Assembly (NCBI GenBank): GCA_951406725.2
Contig: OX597819.1
Location: forward strand, 92,628,001-92,692,000
Origin: Octopus vulgaris
Lineage: Eukaryota
Direction of reading: 5' to 3'
DNA length: 64,000 bases
Shown here: positions 13,569 through 25,342 of the stretch, piece by piece
Numbering within the stretch: the stretch's first letter is position 1
Layout: each line of letters opens with the position of its first letter
Position numbers and translations under genes: made by a program
The notes under the pieces: model-generated
What the model saw: only the letters and a program-made list of their open reading frames with translations
Told to the model about the DNA's origin: nothing
The model's database searches: none

Positions 13569-13870
13569 CACTAGCACGAAATACTATTTTACTTATACAA
13601 CAAAGAATAATTCTGAATATTATGCGGGTAAATGCAGTGAATTTGTAGTCGATAGACGATTATAATATTGGTAATTCCTATCTAGTGTTAGGTTTGCATA
13701 TAGATACATATACACATGTGTGTGTATAGGTGGATGTGCGTATGCATGTGCGTGTGTGTGTGTGAACAAACGGTTTGCGTGTGCATCGGCAAGTGAGAAG
13801 TGAGAACACTAGCACGAAATACGATTTTACTTATACAACATAGAATAATTCTGAATATTATGCGGGTAAC
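13569..13870 (+). repeat. ~62-bp direct repeat (13569-13631 and 13808-13870)
   Basis: cactagcacgaaatac...tgaatattatgcgggtaa occurs twice with about 2 mismatches. Confidence 0.85.
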
Positions 13871-15487
13871 TGTAGCCGTTTAATGGCCTTCCTGTGTTAA
13901 TGAGAAAAGTTTCCTCAGCAGGTACTTTCTGAGATTAGCGGCAGAGTGACTTACATGAAAATATAAAGAGAAAAGTAGACACAGATATACGCAAATAGCT
14001 TATGACATCAAGAATCAAAGAAAAGAAACTTAGCTGAAAAGTAAATTTGCAGGTCATATGTATTGTAACTATAGTTGCGAATTTCAAAAACCTGCTAATA
14101 GAATTTGTATTTACTGTGAAAAATGTAATGATGCGAATGGAAATGTGACATGTAAAAGTTAAATATAGGTGATAATAACTTATGTGCTGTAAGAAGAAAA
14201 GTGTTCACGTCATAATAAGATATGAGCGGTTGAATTCTTGTTGTCTGTATTATTGTTGATTAACTTCACTTCGGACCTAATCGGAGATATTTATTGTTAA
14301 AGGAACTGAAGATGTTAATATCGTTTTTCAAGAATAGTGTGTAACCCAAATTAAATTATCTAATTATATAACGTCCATGGACAAAAGTTATGAATTTAGG
14401 TGATTCAAATAGGTAATAATGTCAGCTGAGGTTTCATAGTTGCCTCGTGGTTAGAACTGTTTAAGTGAAACCTAAATCATTTCTCGTTAAGCAGAACCAA
14501 ATTTAACGGTGCTCCTGTCATGACAATTCAGACTCTTTTCAGATACGGCTTGTTTATATATTATATAGTGTGTATGTTTTTTCTTCTCTTAAATATAGTG
14601 TGATATAAATCAGATTTGATCGCTTTTACTAGCTCGTAGATAAATTAGTGGTACTATATTCTCTGGTAAATTGTAATTTTAGTGAGAATGATATATGTTA
14701 AAAATGTAGAGTACGTGGGTGGTATGGTATACGTCGTGGTGAAGGAGAAAATAATGAGCGTAGTGCTGAGAATATATTATCAAAAAAGAGTACAATGTTT
14801 ATTGTTAATAAATTTTGTGTTGTGGAAAATGTAGTCTTTTAATGATCTAAAGGAAGTATTTATTGCATTATTATTTCACTTGTCAATGACAGGTCATTGG
14901 ATTTTTGTCAAGATTTTCAAGTTGGCAAAAACTTCTGTTAATTCCCTCTGAACCGTTCTTTAACTTTGCACAGACTTCTCATAACCTCCAATTTGAACAT
15001 CGCTGCTTTGCAGGATTTGAAAGTACTCTTCAACTTTCTACAATTTTAATTTTCATCATTCTAGGTTCTACTCAAGCTCAGCTCTAATATCTTCACTTGT
15101 TAACTTATAAACAGTATCACAATATTATATTACACATATACGTGTAATACATACATATATATATATATATATGTGTGTATGGTAGGCTATAGTAGATGAC
15201 ACTTGCCCAAGGTGCCACGCAGTGCGACTGAGCCCCAGAGTAATGTAGTTGGGGAGCAAGCTTCTTACCACACTGGCACACACACATACACACGCACATA
15301 TATATGCAATAATTAAAATATATATTGTAGACGCTATTGTGATTTATATTCTGTACGTCATCAGCTGTCCGCGGAAAAGTTGTCCTGCATGAAACCGATC
15401 TGTGGTACGAAAGTAATTGGAAACAGCTGTTACGGACTAAATTCTATTTAACAAGCACTATCCCAAATTGTTTTGGGGATATCAAGT

Positions 15488-15863
15488 GGAGGCGCAATGG
15501 CCCAGTGGTTAGGGCAGCGGACTCGCGGTCGTAGGATCGCGGTTTCGATTCCCAGACCGGAGTGTTTATTGAGCGAAAACACCTAAAGCTCCGTGAGGCT
15601 CCGGCAGAGGGTGGTGGTGATCCCTGCTGTACTCTTTCACCACAACTTTCTCTCACTCTTACTTCCTGTTTCTGTTGTACCTGTATTTCAAGGGGCCGGC
15701 CTTGTCACTCTCTGTGTCACGCTGAATATCCCCGAGAACTACGTTAAGGGTACACGTGTCTGTGAAGTGCTCAGCCACTTACACGTTAATTTCACGAGCA
15801 GGCTGTTCCATTGATTCGGATCAACCGGAACCCTCATCGTCGTAACCGACGGAGTGCTTCCAT
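15488..15863 (+). mobile_element. tRNA(Arg)-like-headed SINE
   Basis: A box tggcccagtgg, anticodon-like gactcgcgg and B box ggtttcgattcc. A 12-bp direct repeat, ctatcccaaatt, at 15458 and 15864 may be a target-site duplication (TSD). Confidence 0.8.
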
Positions 15864-16728
15864 CTATCCCAAATTTACTCAGATCCTGATTTTTATTCTT
15901 TGGTATAACAACTTCGAAATCAATAGCTGACAGTTGATATAAATCTCAAGCAAGTAGTATATTCCCAACAAAAATGTAGAATTAGTACTGGTAACAGTAA
16001 ATTCTCACATATTAACCGTACAAGTTCAGAAACTGGTAGAATATGGCTAAAATGTGTTACAAGGGTGAAAAGGGTGGTTTGTCCATCTCTAAATTACAAA
16101 TTACTTGTGAAGAATATATACAAATTTGCTTACTAGTCATCTATATATCTATACATATAAAAATACATACACAAACACGTTTGTGTGTGTGTATGTGTGT
16201 GTGTGTGTATGCATGTACGCCTGTGATAGTGTGCGTCTGTCCGCTAGTCTCTGTTTGTGGTTGTATGGTACACGTGTGCACGCACATACACACACGCACG
16301 CGCGCACACACACAAATACATACAAACACGCATACATGTTCTGTGTTTGTATAAGTTTCTGTATCTCGATCAGTGTATTCTTGGTTTGACTGTGTATGCG
16401 TGCGCGTGGGCGTGCCGTGCAAGTACGCATGTGTTTGTGCTTGTGAATATGTGCTTGTATATGTGTGAGTAAATGTGTATATGTGTGTGTGTGTCTGTCC
16501 CTGTGTGTCAGACGTGGTGGTGGTGGTGGTGGCCGTGGTGGATATATGTTTGGTTGAATTCCTGCGCCTGTGTTTAGATAGACTGTTGTCTGACTTGTAC
16601 CTTATCTGCTTTCCGTTACAACATATGTTATAGTCACGAAACATATTCGGACATAGCTATAGAAGTGCCCTTATTATTTATTCTCTCCTTGTCTATCTTC
16701 TTTCTTACTCTTCGTCTGTCTCTCACCT

Positions 16729-16768
<40 letters not shown>

Positions 16769-17007
16769 CAAATAAACTCAAAAATAGAACGATATATTCC
16801 TTCTCACCTCTGCCACTAGCTGGCGTATACAGGTGCTTACACTTATCAAGTATTCACCCTAAATGATCTACTTACTTGATCTACGTTGTCATTTGGATTG
16901 GATCCTATACAACCACGACAACCTTTAATACTTGATAAACAAAACATAATACAAAGGATTAACACCAATTTCTCTCCCAAGGACATACTACTTCACACCG
17001 AAAATGC

Positions 17008-17045
<38 letters not shown>

Positions 17046-17385
17046 GCACTCCCATACAAGGAGGACTACGTACAAACATGCAGTGTAATGTCGCAAAGTC
17101 ATCTCACACTTATATATTACGGTTCCTTTGCACCCCTCACACACACAAAGAAACACACATTCTGCTAAATATGGTTTTAATTGTTTGCCTTTCATTTGTG
17201 GCCATATTAGGCCACTGCCTTAAAAAATTTGGCCGATTATATCGCACCCAGTATTTAATGTAGTGAAAAATTTAATTTAGTTGATATTTATTTGTTGAAC
17301 TGTTGGGTTATAAGACATGGAGGGACATGACATAAAAGCTGACATTTTCTATGTATCCTCTCGTCTCTTGTGTGGATGTATTTAT

Positions 17386-17452
<67 letters not shown>

Positions 17453-18089
17453 TATGAAAAGTTCCTGGCATTGGGTAAATAGAATATAGGCGGATCAGTC
17501 AACTGTGATTTTCTCAATATATTCCCCTCTCAGATGCACATATTTATTGCAACAATTCTTCAGTTCTGTAAAAGAACTGAGAAGTTTGGGCCTCCAACCA
17601 GGCCTTTGGTGATACCCTTAAAGTCAGGAACTCTTCAACACACCCTCATATCTATGTTTGTGCATGTGCGTGTATGTGTTTGTTTGTTTGTGCGTTTGTG
17701 TCAGTATATATATATATAATAAAGATGAATTAAATAAATGTTATTCACTATAAATTACACTGCGTAAATTCTTCCAATTATTCTCTTGACACAGATTAAC
17801 GGGATACAAGACACTCGTGATCAACTGCTTCCTCGGCGAATTGACTGCTAATTGAACAATTAAGTCACCTGGACTTTTTGGAGCAATATGTCTAGTCAAA
17901 AATATGCGAATGAATATAAAAGCATACAGGAACATTTGCATGCAGGGAACATTTTAGGCAATTGAATCTTATTTTACCATGTCAGTGCTAACTTTTATAA
18001 CTCAGTCACTTAGCTGTATGGTAAACGAGACATAAGAACCTACCTTCTCCACAAATGTTTCAACTGTTTCAATAAATACGATTCTATTT

Positions 18090-18620
18090 TTTTGAGACAA
18101 GGATTTATGTACGTTATTTCTCACCTTGTTTGTTGTTCCACAACGTGTCGGCTGATGTACTCTCCAGCCTTCATCAGGTGTTCTAGTGGAATTTCGAACC
18201 CAACCCGTTATTTGAGTAATGGGGCACACTGTTCTCATTCTTAGGGGTATTCTTATTTTGCAGATGTTATATTTTGTTGATATTATTTCCCTCCTCCCTG
18301 CCTGTGATTGAATTCAGAATGCGAGGGTTAGTAACCCGCGTTCTTATCCACTGCGCTATATGCCCATACGGGCTACTTACCCTCGGATTCTGAATTCAAA
18401 CCCAGGCAGGGCCTTGGGTAACAATATCAGCAAAATATAAAGTCAGCAAAAAAAAAAAAACCTTAGGAATGAGAAAAGTGTACCCCATTAGTGAAATAAA
18501 GGGTTGGGTTCAAAATTCCACCAAAGCATTTGATCAAGGCTGGAGAGTACATCAGCTGAAATGTGGAAAAAAACAAACACAGCAAGGACTCCTGTCCGCC
18601 CATTGTAAATAATGTTTCAA
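18090..18620. mobile_element. Head-to-head inverted pair of tRNA-headed, hammerhead-containing SINE-like elements
   Basis: The minus copy starts at 18365 with gggcatatagcgcagtgg (A box). The plus copy starts mid-tRNA at about 18368. The arms are diverged reverse complements over about 200 bp. Confidence 0.75.
18139..18180 (-). ncRNA. Type I hammerhead, one core substitution
   Basis: Minus strand reads cac CTGATGA a-ggctg-gagagtacat-cagcc GACA cg TT gtg (GAAA->GACA). A more decayed mirror copy lies at about 18526-18567. Confidence 0.65.
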
Positions 18621-19562
18621 CAAATTTCTCGTGAACTCATAATGCTACAATTTTGCAAGGATGCTTTCCATGTGATGTAAACAGTCTCCATCCATCCATA
18701 TGTTCATATATACATATATACGTCCATATATACATACACACACATATGCTCATACAAACACACATACATCCATAAATACGTATGTACACACATAAATACA
18801 CGAGTGAACACACGCATGTACATTTTCATACACAAACACACTCCGCTAACTACACTGACTCACAGTATGTTTCTAAAAAAGATTGTATTATTTAGAAAAG
18901 TAATCTTTATGTTCAAAACGGTTTTTTAAACATTATAACACTATTGTTAAAATGCTGACTCTTTTATTGAAATCAGGATTTATTTATTTATTGTTTCCCA
19001 CGGATTTTCCCTTTCCATTGAACACTCTAACTAATTTTCATCAATTAAAATTTTATCCATAATTCACTTAAAAGACCGCACCTAGCGTACACTGCAAATG
19101 TCACTGTTACAGCCTGTGTCGGAGCATTTTGAAACCGTGCTGTGAACTGCTATCTCGCGTAGAATTGAAGTAATTCTATTAACACTCTTAAGTCACACCT
19201 TTACTTTTATTAATCACATATCAGATGTAATTTCTTTAACATGCCAGTGATCGAGAATTTCAATAGAAATCAAGATAGACATCAAAAATCCATAATGAAG
19301 TATTAAGCACCAGGTAAAACCTGTTTCTTTCTTGCAATTGCTGATTGAATAACAAAGCAGTATTTTTAGTTATTAGATGCTAATGCTGATGTGTCTCTCA
19401 TATCCTTCTACATGCGTGTGAAAAATGAATCGCCGACAAAAATAACTGCAATGTCTCCATAATGCCTCTGAAAATTTCTTTTAAAGCGATATTAGAATAT
19501 AATTACAATGGATGCCATGTTGTAGGGATTGAAACTAAATAGACTAGGATTTTGAAACGAGC

Positions 19563-19720
19563 TTGGCTGTGTGGTAAGAAGCTCACTGCTCAATCACAGG
19601 GTTCCGATTTCAGTCTCACTGCGTGGCACCTTGGGCAAGTGTCTTCTACTAAAGCTTCGGGATGACCAAACCAAAGCCTTGTCAGTGGGCTCCGTAGACG
19701 GAAACTTAAAGATGCCCGTT

Positions 19721-19722
<2 letters not shown>
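19563..19722 (+). mobile_element. tRNA-derived SINE (32059 family), partial
   Basis: tggctgtgtggtaag...ctgcgtggcaccttgggcaagtgtcttctac aligns with 32059-32222. Confidence 0.75.
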
Positions 19723-19785
<63 letters not shown>

Positions 19786-19794
19786 TATTTATAT

Positions 19795-20649
19795 ATAAAT
19801 ATAAAAATGGAACAAAAACGCAATAGAGTACAATAAAACATTCGGACAGATAGACGATACAAGGCGGACAAGAGAAGCAACAATTAGAAAGACAGGCAAA
19901 AGAATGACGAGTCATTCGTGGTCTTCTTTCCTCAGTCACGACTGTTTCGGGCAGTTACACTTGAGACTGTTCGATCTGGTTGCCCCCAAAATATTCTATG
20001 CTAAGAGCATTAGAGCCCTTTGTAAGAAAGCTAGCGAATATGTGCAGTAACAAAAAACAGAGACATGGTGCACAAAAAGACGAAAAATGGAGAACATGGT
20101 ACACAATTACGAATACAAACAACAAGAAAATAACAACAGGTGTCTTTCGACTGAGAACGATCAAATTGAGCTGGCGTGTATGAAGTGAAAGCCTAAAGGT
20201 AGGAACATAGGAGATGGACACAAGTGGTGTTGACGGTCGGCAGTCAGGCCAAGAAAGAAAAGATCATGTCTGGCTGGACACCTGTCACATCGAAGGAGGA
20301 GAGATGGGTAGGGGACAGCTGGGTTATAGGATAAGAAAACATCAGACAAAGAGAAAGGTACAGGGGAGATAAGCGAGTGGGAAATAGTGGGAGCTAAAGA
20401 GAGGGTCAAGAAATGGGAGAGGGGGAGCGAGAAAAAGAAAAATGGAAGAAAGTGGGTGGAATAAAAGATAGAGTAGAAATCGTACACAATTTAGATACAT
20501 ACTTACTATAAGGTGAGTACAAGTGTGTACGTACGCCGCTATATGTATATATACATATAAAAATGGAACTAAAACGCAATAGAATACAATAAAACATTCG
20601 GACAGATAGACGATAGAAGGCAGACAAGAGAAACAACAATTGGAAGGAC

Positions 20650-20650
<1 letters not shown>
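19795..20650 (-). mobile_element. Non-coding repeat with ~95-bp terminal direct repeats, inserted in (TA)n; probably PLE pLTR-type
   Basis: 19799-19894 matches 20555-20650. (TA)n lies on both sides. Orientation and class are inferred. Confidence 0.55.
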
Positions 20651-20742
<92 letters not shown>

Positions 20743-20745
20743 AAA

Positions 20746-21414
20746 ATGCGAGAACTATGGATCAGAGATATCTCAAAAGAAGAAAGCAGATCAAGAAAGT
20801 TTTGGCAGCGGAAACAATTATTTCTCGACAAATATGCTACAAATTACGGTAAAGACACCAGAACTCCGAGAAATAGCATTAAAAGTGGACAACCTCACCA
20901 ACGCAACATACACCAGAACACGTGGCAACATGAACACCCGTTTCACCACGAATCGAAGACGAACTACGGTAAGAACTCTTCCCATTTTGTATGCAAACAC
21001 CCTAATGCACACAACATGAACAAAAAGCACAAACAAAATAGATATTGTTTTGAACAGACCATTAGCAGTAGAAATAACAGGAGATCATTTTCAAGACCTC
21101 AACAGAGATTACCCACAAGAAACTGGACAAAAAACCGATCTAGATCTAGAAGTAAACCCAGATCATTTCTCCAGGTGGTTAAAAACAATGCTAACAAGAA
21201 ATTGAAAAGTTGCATACATAATACCAAAAACAAGACAGAAAACATAACGAAACCAAGTAAAGTACCACAACCAAAACGCAAAATTCATCAAGCAAACATC
21301 AACAGGAATATAAATCATAACCAGAAAAAAATCCATTTTTTTACGTCAGGACAACAAACACCGGAGAAAGAAAAAATCCAAGAGGAAACATACCCCAAAC
21401 AACTGAACGTATAG
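20746..21414 (+). CDS. PLE N-terminal basic domain (ORF1 part, probably 5'-truncated)
   Basis: 222-aa K/R/N-rich ORF directly upstream of, and overlapping, the RT frame. Confidence 0.6.
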   Translation: MRELWIRDISKEESRSRKFWQRKQLFLDKYATNYGKDTRTPRNSIKSGQPHQRNIHQNTWQHEHPFHHESKTNYGKNSSHFVCKHPNAHNMNKKHKQNRYCFEQTISSRNNRRSFSRPQQRLPTRNWTKNRSRSRSKPRSFLQVVKNNANKKLKSCIHNTKNKTENITKPSKVPQPKRKIHQANINRNINHNQKKIHFFTSGQQTPEKEKIQEETYPKQLNV

Positions 21415-23648
21415 ATCCTAAAATAATTAATTTATCAAAAAGAGATCTTGACAATGATGAAATCCAACTTCTGTCAAAAGGACTGAAATTCACACCTACA
21501 CCAACAGCCAACCACCAAGAATTAAAGGAGGATATCCAAAAATTCTGTCGAAAATTACGACTTGTAGAATTCTTCGCTAACAAAAGTAATGAGATTGATG
21601 AATCCCTAGTAAGGAATAAATCAAATTTCACCCCACCAAAAGGAAGAAATAACTACCTTGACCAATACATTGATATCCTGTCTAAATTTCCCCTTAGACG
21701 CAATACCAATGTTAGGCAAAACATTAGCAAATCAGAGATGTCTGCATGTAAACGTATACAAAACGATCAAACAATAATAATTAAACAAGCAGATAAAGGT
21801 GGTGCAATTGTTATTATGGATACCGAATACTATAAGGATTTGGTTGAAGACCAACTGAAGGATACAACCTTCTATTGTGAAATACCCGCAAATATAGACC
21901 ACCACATCATGAAAAAGATCAACAACCTGATTTCAACACACCACAACTCACTTACGGATAATGAAAAAGACTACATCACCAATTTTGAACCAAAACCCAG
22001 CAACTTCTACGGCTTACCAAAAATACACAAATCAAAAAACATTCAACAGGCAGTAAAAGAACAAGAAAGTGAGTACATAAAATTATTACATCCAAAAGAC
22101 CTAAAACTTAGACCTATTATAGCTGGTCCAGCATGCCCTACACACCGTCTAAGCAATTTTATTGACATTGTTTTGAAACCACTATGTACTTACATACCAA
22201 GTTTCATCAGGGATGACATCGACTTCCTGTCCCATCTTCCCAAAACAACAGAAACAAATTCAGTTTTACTAAGTTTTGATGTGGTAAGCCTCTACACCAA
22301 TATTCCACACGATTTAGGAATAAAGGCGATTAAATACTGGTTAGAAAAACATAGAGAAGTGATTCCCAGCAGATTCACAGTGCCATGTATATTAGACACA
22401 GTCAAACTTATTCTAGAAAATAACACATTCTTCTTCAATGGAAAGAATTACATCCAAATTAGAGGCACGGCGATGGGAACGAGGTTTGCTCCCGTTTACG
22501 CCAACTCTGTAATGGGATACTTAGAAGAACAACTCTACCAAGAGGTGGAGGTAAACTATGGCACTGGATTTAGAAAGTATATTGAAAAGGCATAGAAGAG
22601 ATACCTAGACGACTGTTTCATAATCTGGACAGAATCTCTAAATACTCTGGAAGAGTTCAATATCCTCCTGAACAACCTACACCCATCTCTCAAATTTACA
22701 AAGGAGATGAGTAGTACCAAATTACCATTCCTGGATATAATGGTAATTAAAAAAGACACCACCATCACCACAGATATATACTATAAACACACAGACACAC
22801 ATCAATACCTAAATTTTAAGTCGTGCCATCCACCACATACAAAACGTAACATCCCATACTGCCTAGCCAGAAGAATTTGTACTATTGTAGAAGATGCAAA
22901 TATCAGGAACAAACGCCTAATAGAACTAAGAGAATTTTTGCTCAAACAAAAATACCCATCTCTACTTATAGAAAATGGCATACAGCGGGCTATAAAAATA
23001 CCTATACAACAACTTAGGACAACCCAAGGAAGAGGAAAACAAGAACAAGTCATACCATTCATAGTGACACACAACCCATGTCACCAGAATATCTTCAACA
23101 TTGCCAAAGCAAACCTACCAATCATTGCCCAAAGTAATGAATTAAAAGACATAATCAAGGATCGAGCTATGGTGCTTAGTAAAAGACAGCCTAAAAACTT
23201 GAAAACATTACTAACAAAGGCAAAATTTGACCTCAGCAACAAAGACCAAACATTCACGGTATCTAAATGCAATGATAGCCGATGTGGCACATGCCAATTC
23301 ATACATACCGGTCAATATATAAACACAAAAACCGGGAAAATATTCACAAACGCGAATATGAACTGCAAAAGCAGAAATTTAATTTACTGCATCAAATGCC
23401 CAAATTGTGAAGAAATATATGTAGGTCAGACGGGAAACGCACTATTAGAACGCTCACGTGTACACCGGCAACAGATTAGAGACCCAGAGGTCCGTCAGAT
23501 ACCTTTGAGTAACCACCTAGCAACATGTGGTCGGAAAATATATATAATATTTCCATTCTACAAATTACACAGCCCAAGTGAAATCGAGAGGAAAATCAGA
23601 GAAAAGAATTTTATTGATAAATTCGAACCCAAGCTAAATAAGCAATAA
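21321..23648 (+). pseudogene. PLE reverse transcriptase + GIY-YIG endonuclease, single in-frame TAG at 22593
   Basis: One frame reads IINLSK..LLSKGLKFTPTP, KQADKGG, FYGLPKIHK, LRPII, SFDVVSLYTNI, GTAMGT, KA*KRYLDD (W->amber), LPFLD, CNDSRCGTC, NLIY..YVGQTG..R..H..E..PKLN. Confidence 0.95.
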
Positions 23649-23965
23649 TAATAATACTTAGAGGTATTACTTCCACTGCTACGACCATGACCACTAACAA
23701 CAACAACAATACTAAAGGTGATCAAGACGAAGATAGCAGGAAAATTATCTTATTTAGGGTTAAAAGTTCTATTGCCACCACCATCACCACTAGCAACAAT
23801 AATTAAGGTGCTGACAATGATGATGATGACAATTGAAATATAAAAATATAAAAATCTCTGACAAAGGATATTTACAACATTTCTAAAAATAACCCAACAA
23901 TTGCTGCTTCGGCCAGGGTCAAGATACAGGACTCTTGACCTGTCCAACAAAGCGTGATGCCTAAA

Positions 23966-24079
23966 CCAATCAGCTCAACCAACCAATCAGCTTAAGTAAT
24001 TGAGTGATACTACACACTGATTGGTCAGAATACAGTTTGCAAAACCTAGCACTCTGGAGCCTACCCAGCTGTATTTATA
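23966..24079 (+). promoter_or_regulatory. Putative pLTR Pol II promoter
   Basis: CCAAT at 23966 and 23983, ATTGG at 24020 and TATTTATA at 24072, about 65 nt upstream of the hammerhead. Confidence 0.45.
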
Positions 24080-24142
24080 GCACAGAATCACTCATCTTGC
24101 TACAGTCAAAAATTGTGAAGCATGACTGTCAACACTACTACA

Positions 24143-24187
24143 TGAACCCGAAGATTGCAGAATTCAATGCATGAAAGTACTAGTTCA
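24143..24187 (+). ncRNA. Minimal type I hammerhead ribozyme of the PLE
   Basis: tgaac CCGAAGA t-tgca-gaattcaa-tgca-t GAAA gtac TA gttca. It has a 5-bp stem I, a U4C core variant and a palindromic stem III. Confidence 0.85.
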
Positions 24188-24315
24188 ATCAGAATGAATA
24201 TTTAACATTCTACTATTTCATTTTATTTTATTCAATTATAATATATTATCTTATAATATATCATTATAAGATTGTAAATAAAACGTGAAAATCAGACAAG
24301 GTTGGAATTCTTTTA

Positions 24316-24351
<36 letters not shown>

Positions 24352-24469
24352 TCCTTGCAACACCTATCTGTGTTCGGTTTGTCCTTACACAGAGGCCATC
24401 CGGATTCCCGTTTGCGCCGTGAACAGGAATTAATCTTCTCTTTCGCTCTTATACGCCATTTGGTCTCAA

Positions 24470-24772
24470 CTCTCCCCCCTCCTCATCTAACCCCCTCTCC
24501 CCCTCCTCACCTATCCTTTCTCCCCCCGACCCCCACTTCTTCAGTCCTTCATCCTTTCACCCCTACTCCCCTTCCCTTCTTCCTCTTTCTCCCTCCCTCT
24601 TCCTCTTCCTCTGCTCCCTCACTCCCTCTCTCCCCTTCTCTCTCCCCCTCTCCCTCTTTCCTCCTTCATCCCTCTCCTCCCCTTCCTTCTCCCCATCCTC
24701 TCCTCTTCACCCTCCCCTCCCCTCTTCTTCCCCTCCCCTTCTCCCCCTCTTCTCCCCTCCCCTCTTCTCCTC
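24470..24772 (+). repeat. ~300-bp polypyrimidine tract
   Basis: Almost entirely C/T. It explains the Pro/Ser-rich ORF at 24355. Confidence 0.9.
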
Positions 24773-25304
24773 ACTACACCACATGACTTTACACATCACA
24801 TCACATATGATGTGCCATACTAATACACACACCAACTAATACATACTAATACGTACTAATACATACTAGTACATACTAATACTTACACCAACCCTATACA
24901 TACACACGTCCAGACCCCGCATACGCACTTATACTCTCTCACACACACACACACACACCTATACATACCAATACGTACTAATACATACTAATACATACTA
25001 ATACATACACCAACCCCATACATACGCACGTCCAGACCAATCCCACGACTGATACTCTCTCATACACACACACACACACACACACACCTATACATACTAA
25101 TACATACACCAACCCTATACATACACATCCAGACCCCTCCCACGCACTTTTAGCTGGTCCCTCAACCCTATTATCTCCCTTATTTCGCTCTCGCGTCTCA
25201 TGTTTGATCTTTGACCTCTGGCCGAAATCAGATCGCCATGTTGATTCGTTAGCTACTGCACGCATTTTTTTCTCTCCTTCTTTCTGTGTTTTTCTCTCTG
25301 TGTA

Positions 25305-25342
25305 TCTTTCTGTTGAAGAGCGTAGGCTCGAAACGTTAAAGA
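25305..25342 (+). ncRNA. Hammerhead variant (CUGUUGA core)
   Basis: tcttt CTGTTGA a-gagc-gtag-gctc GAAA cg TT aaaga. Confidence 0.65.

Larger units (their letters stand above)
20738..24318 (+). mobile_element. Penelope-like retroelement (Neptune-type), near full length, flanked by (TA)n
   Basis: N-terminal basic ORF, RT, Cys linker and GIY-YIG, followed by a 3' region with CCAAT/TATA-like boxes, a hammerhead and AATAAA. Confidence 0.95.

Noticed and set aside
15488-15560. tRNA gene
   Set aside because: No proper acceptor stem, and it continues into a repeated SINE body. It is a SINE head.
22593-22595. In-frame stop in the PLE RT as possible selenocysteine recoding (as in Naiad PLEs)
   Set aside because: The codon is TAG, not TGA, at a position where W is expected. 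A G->A mutation is the simpler explanation.
24355-24786. 143-aa Pro-rich ORF
   Set aside because: It is a PLE endonuclease tail frameshifted into a polypyrimidine tract.
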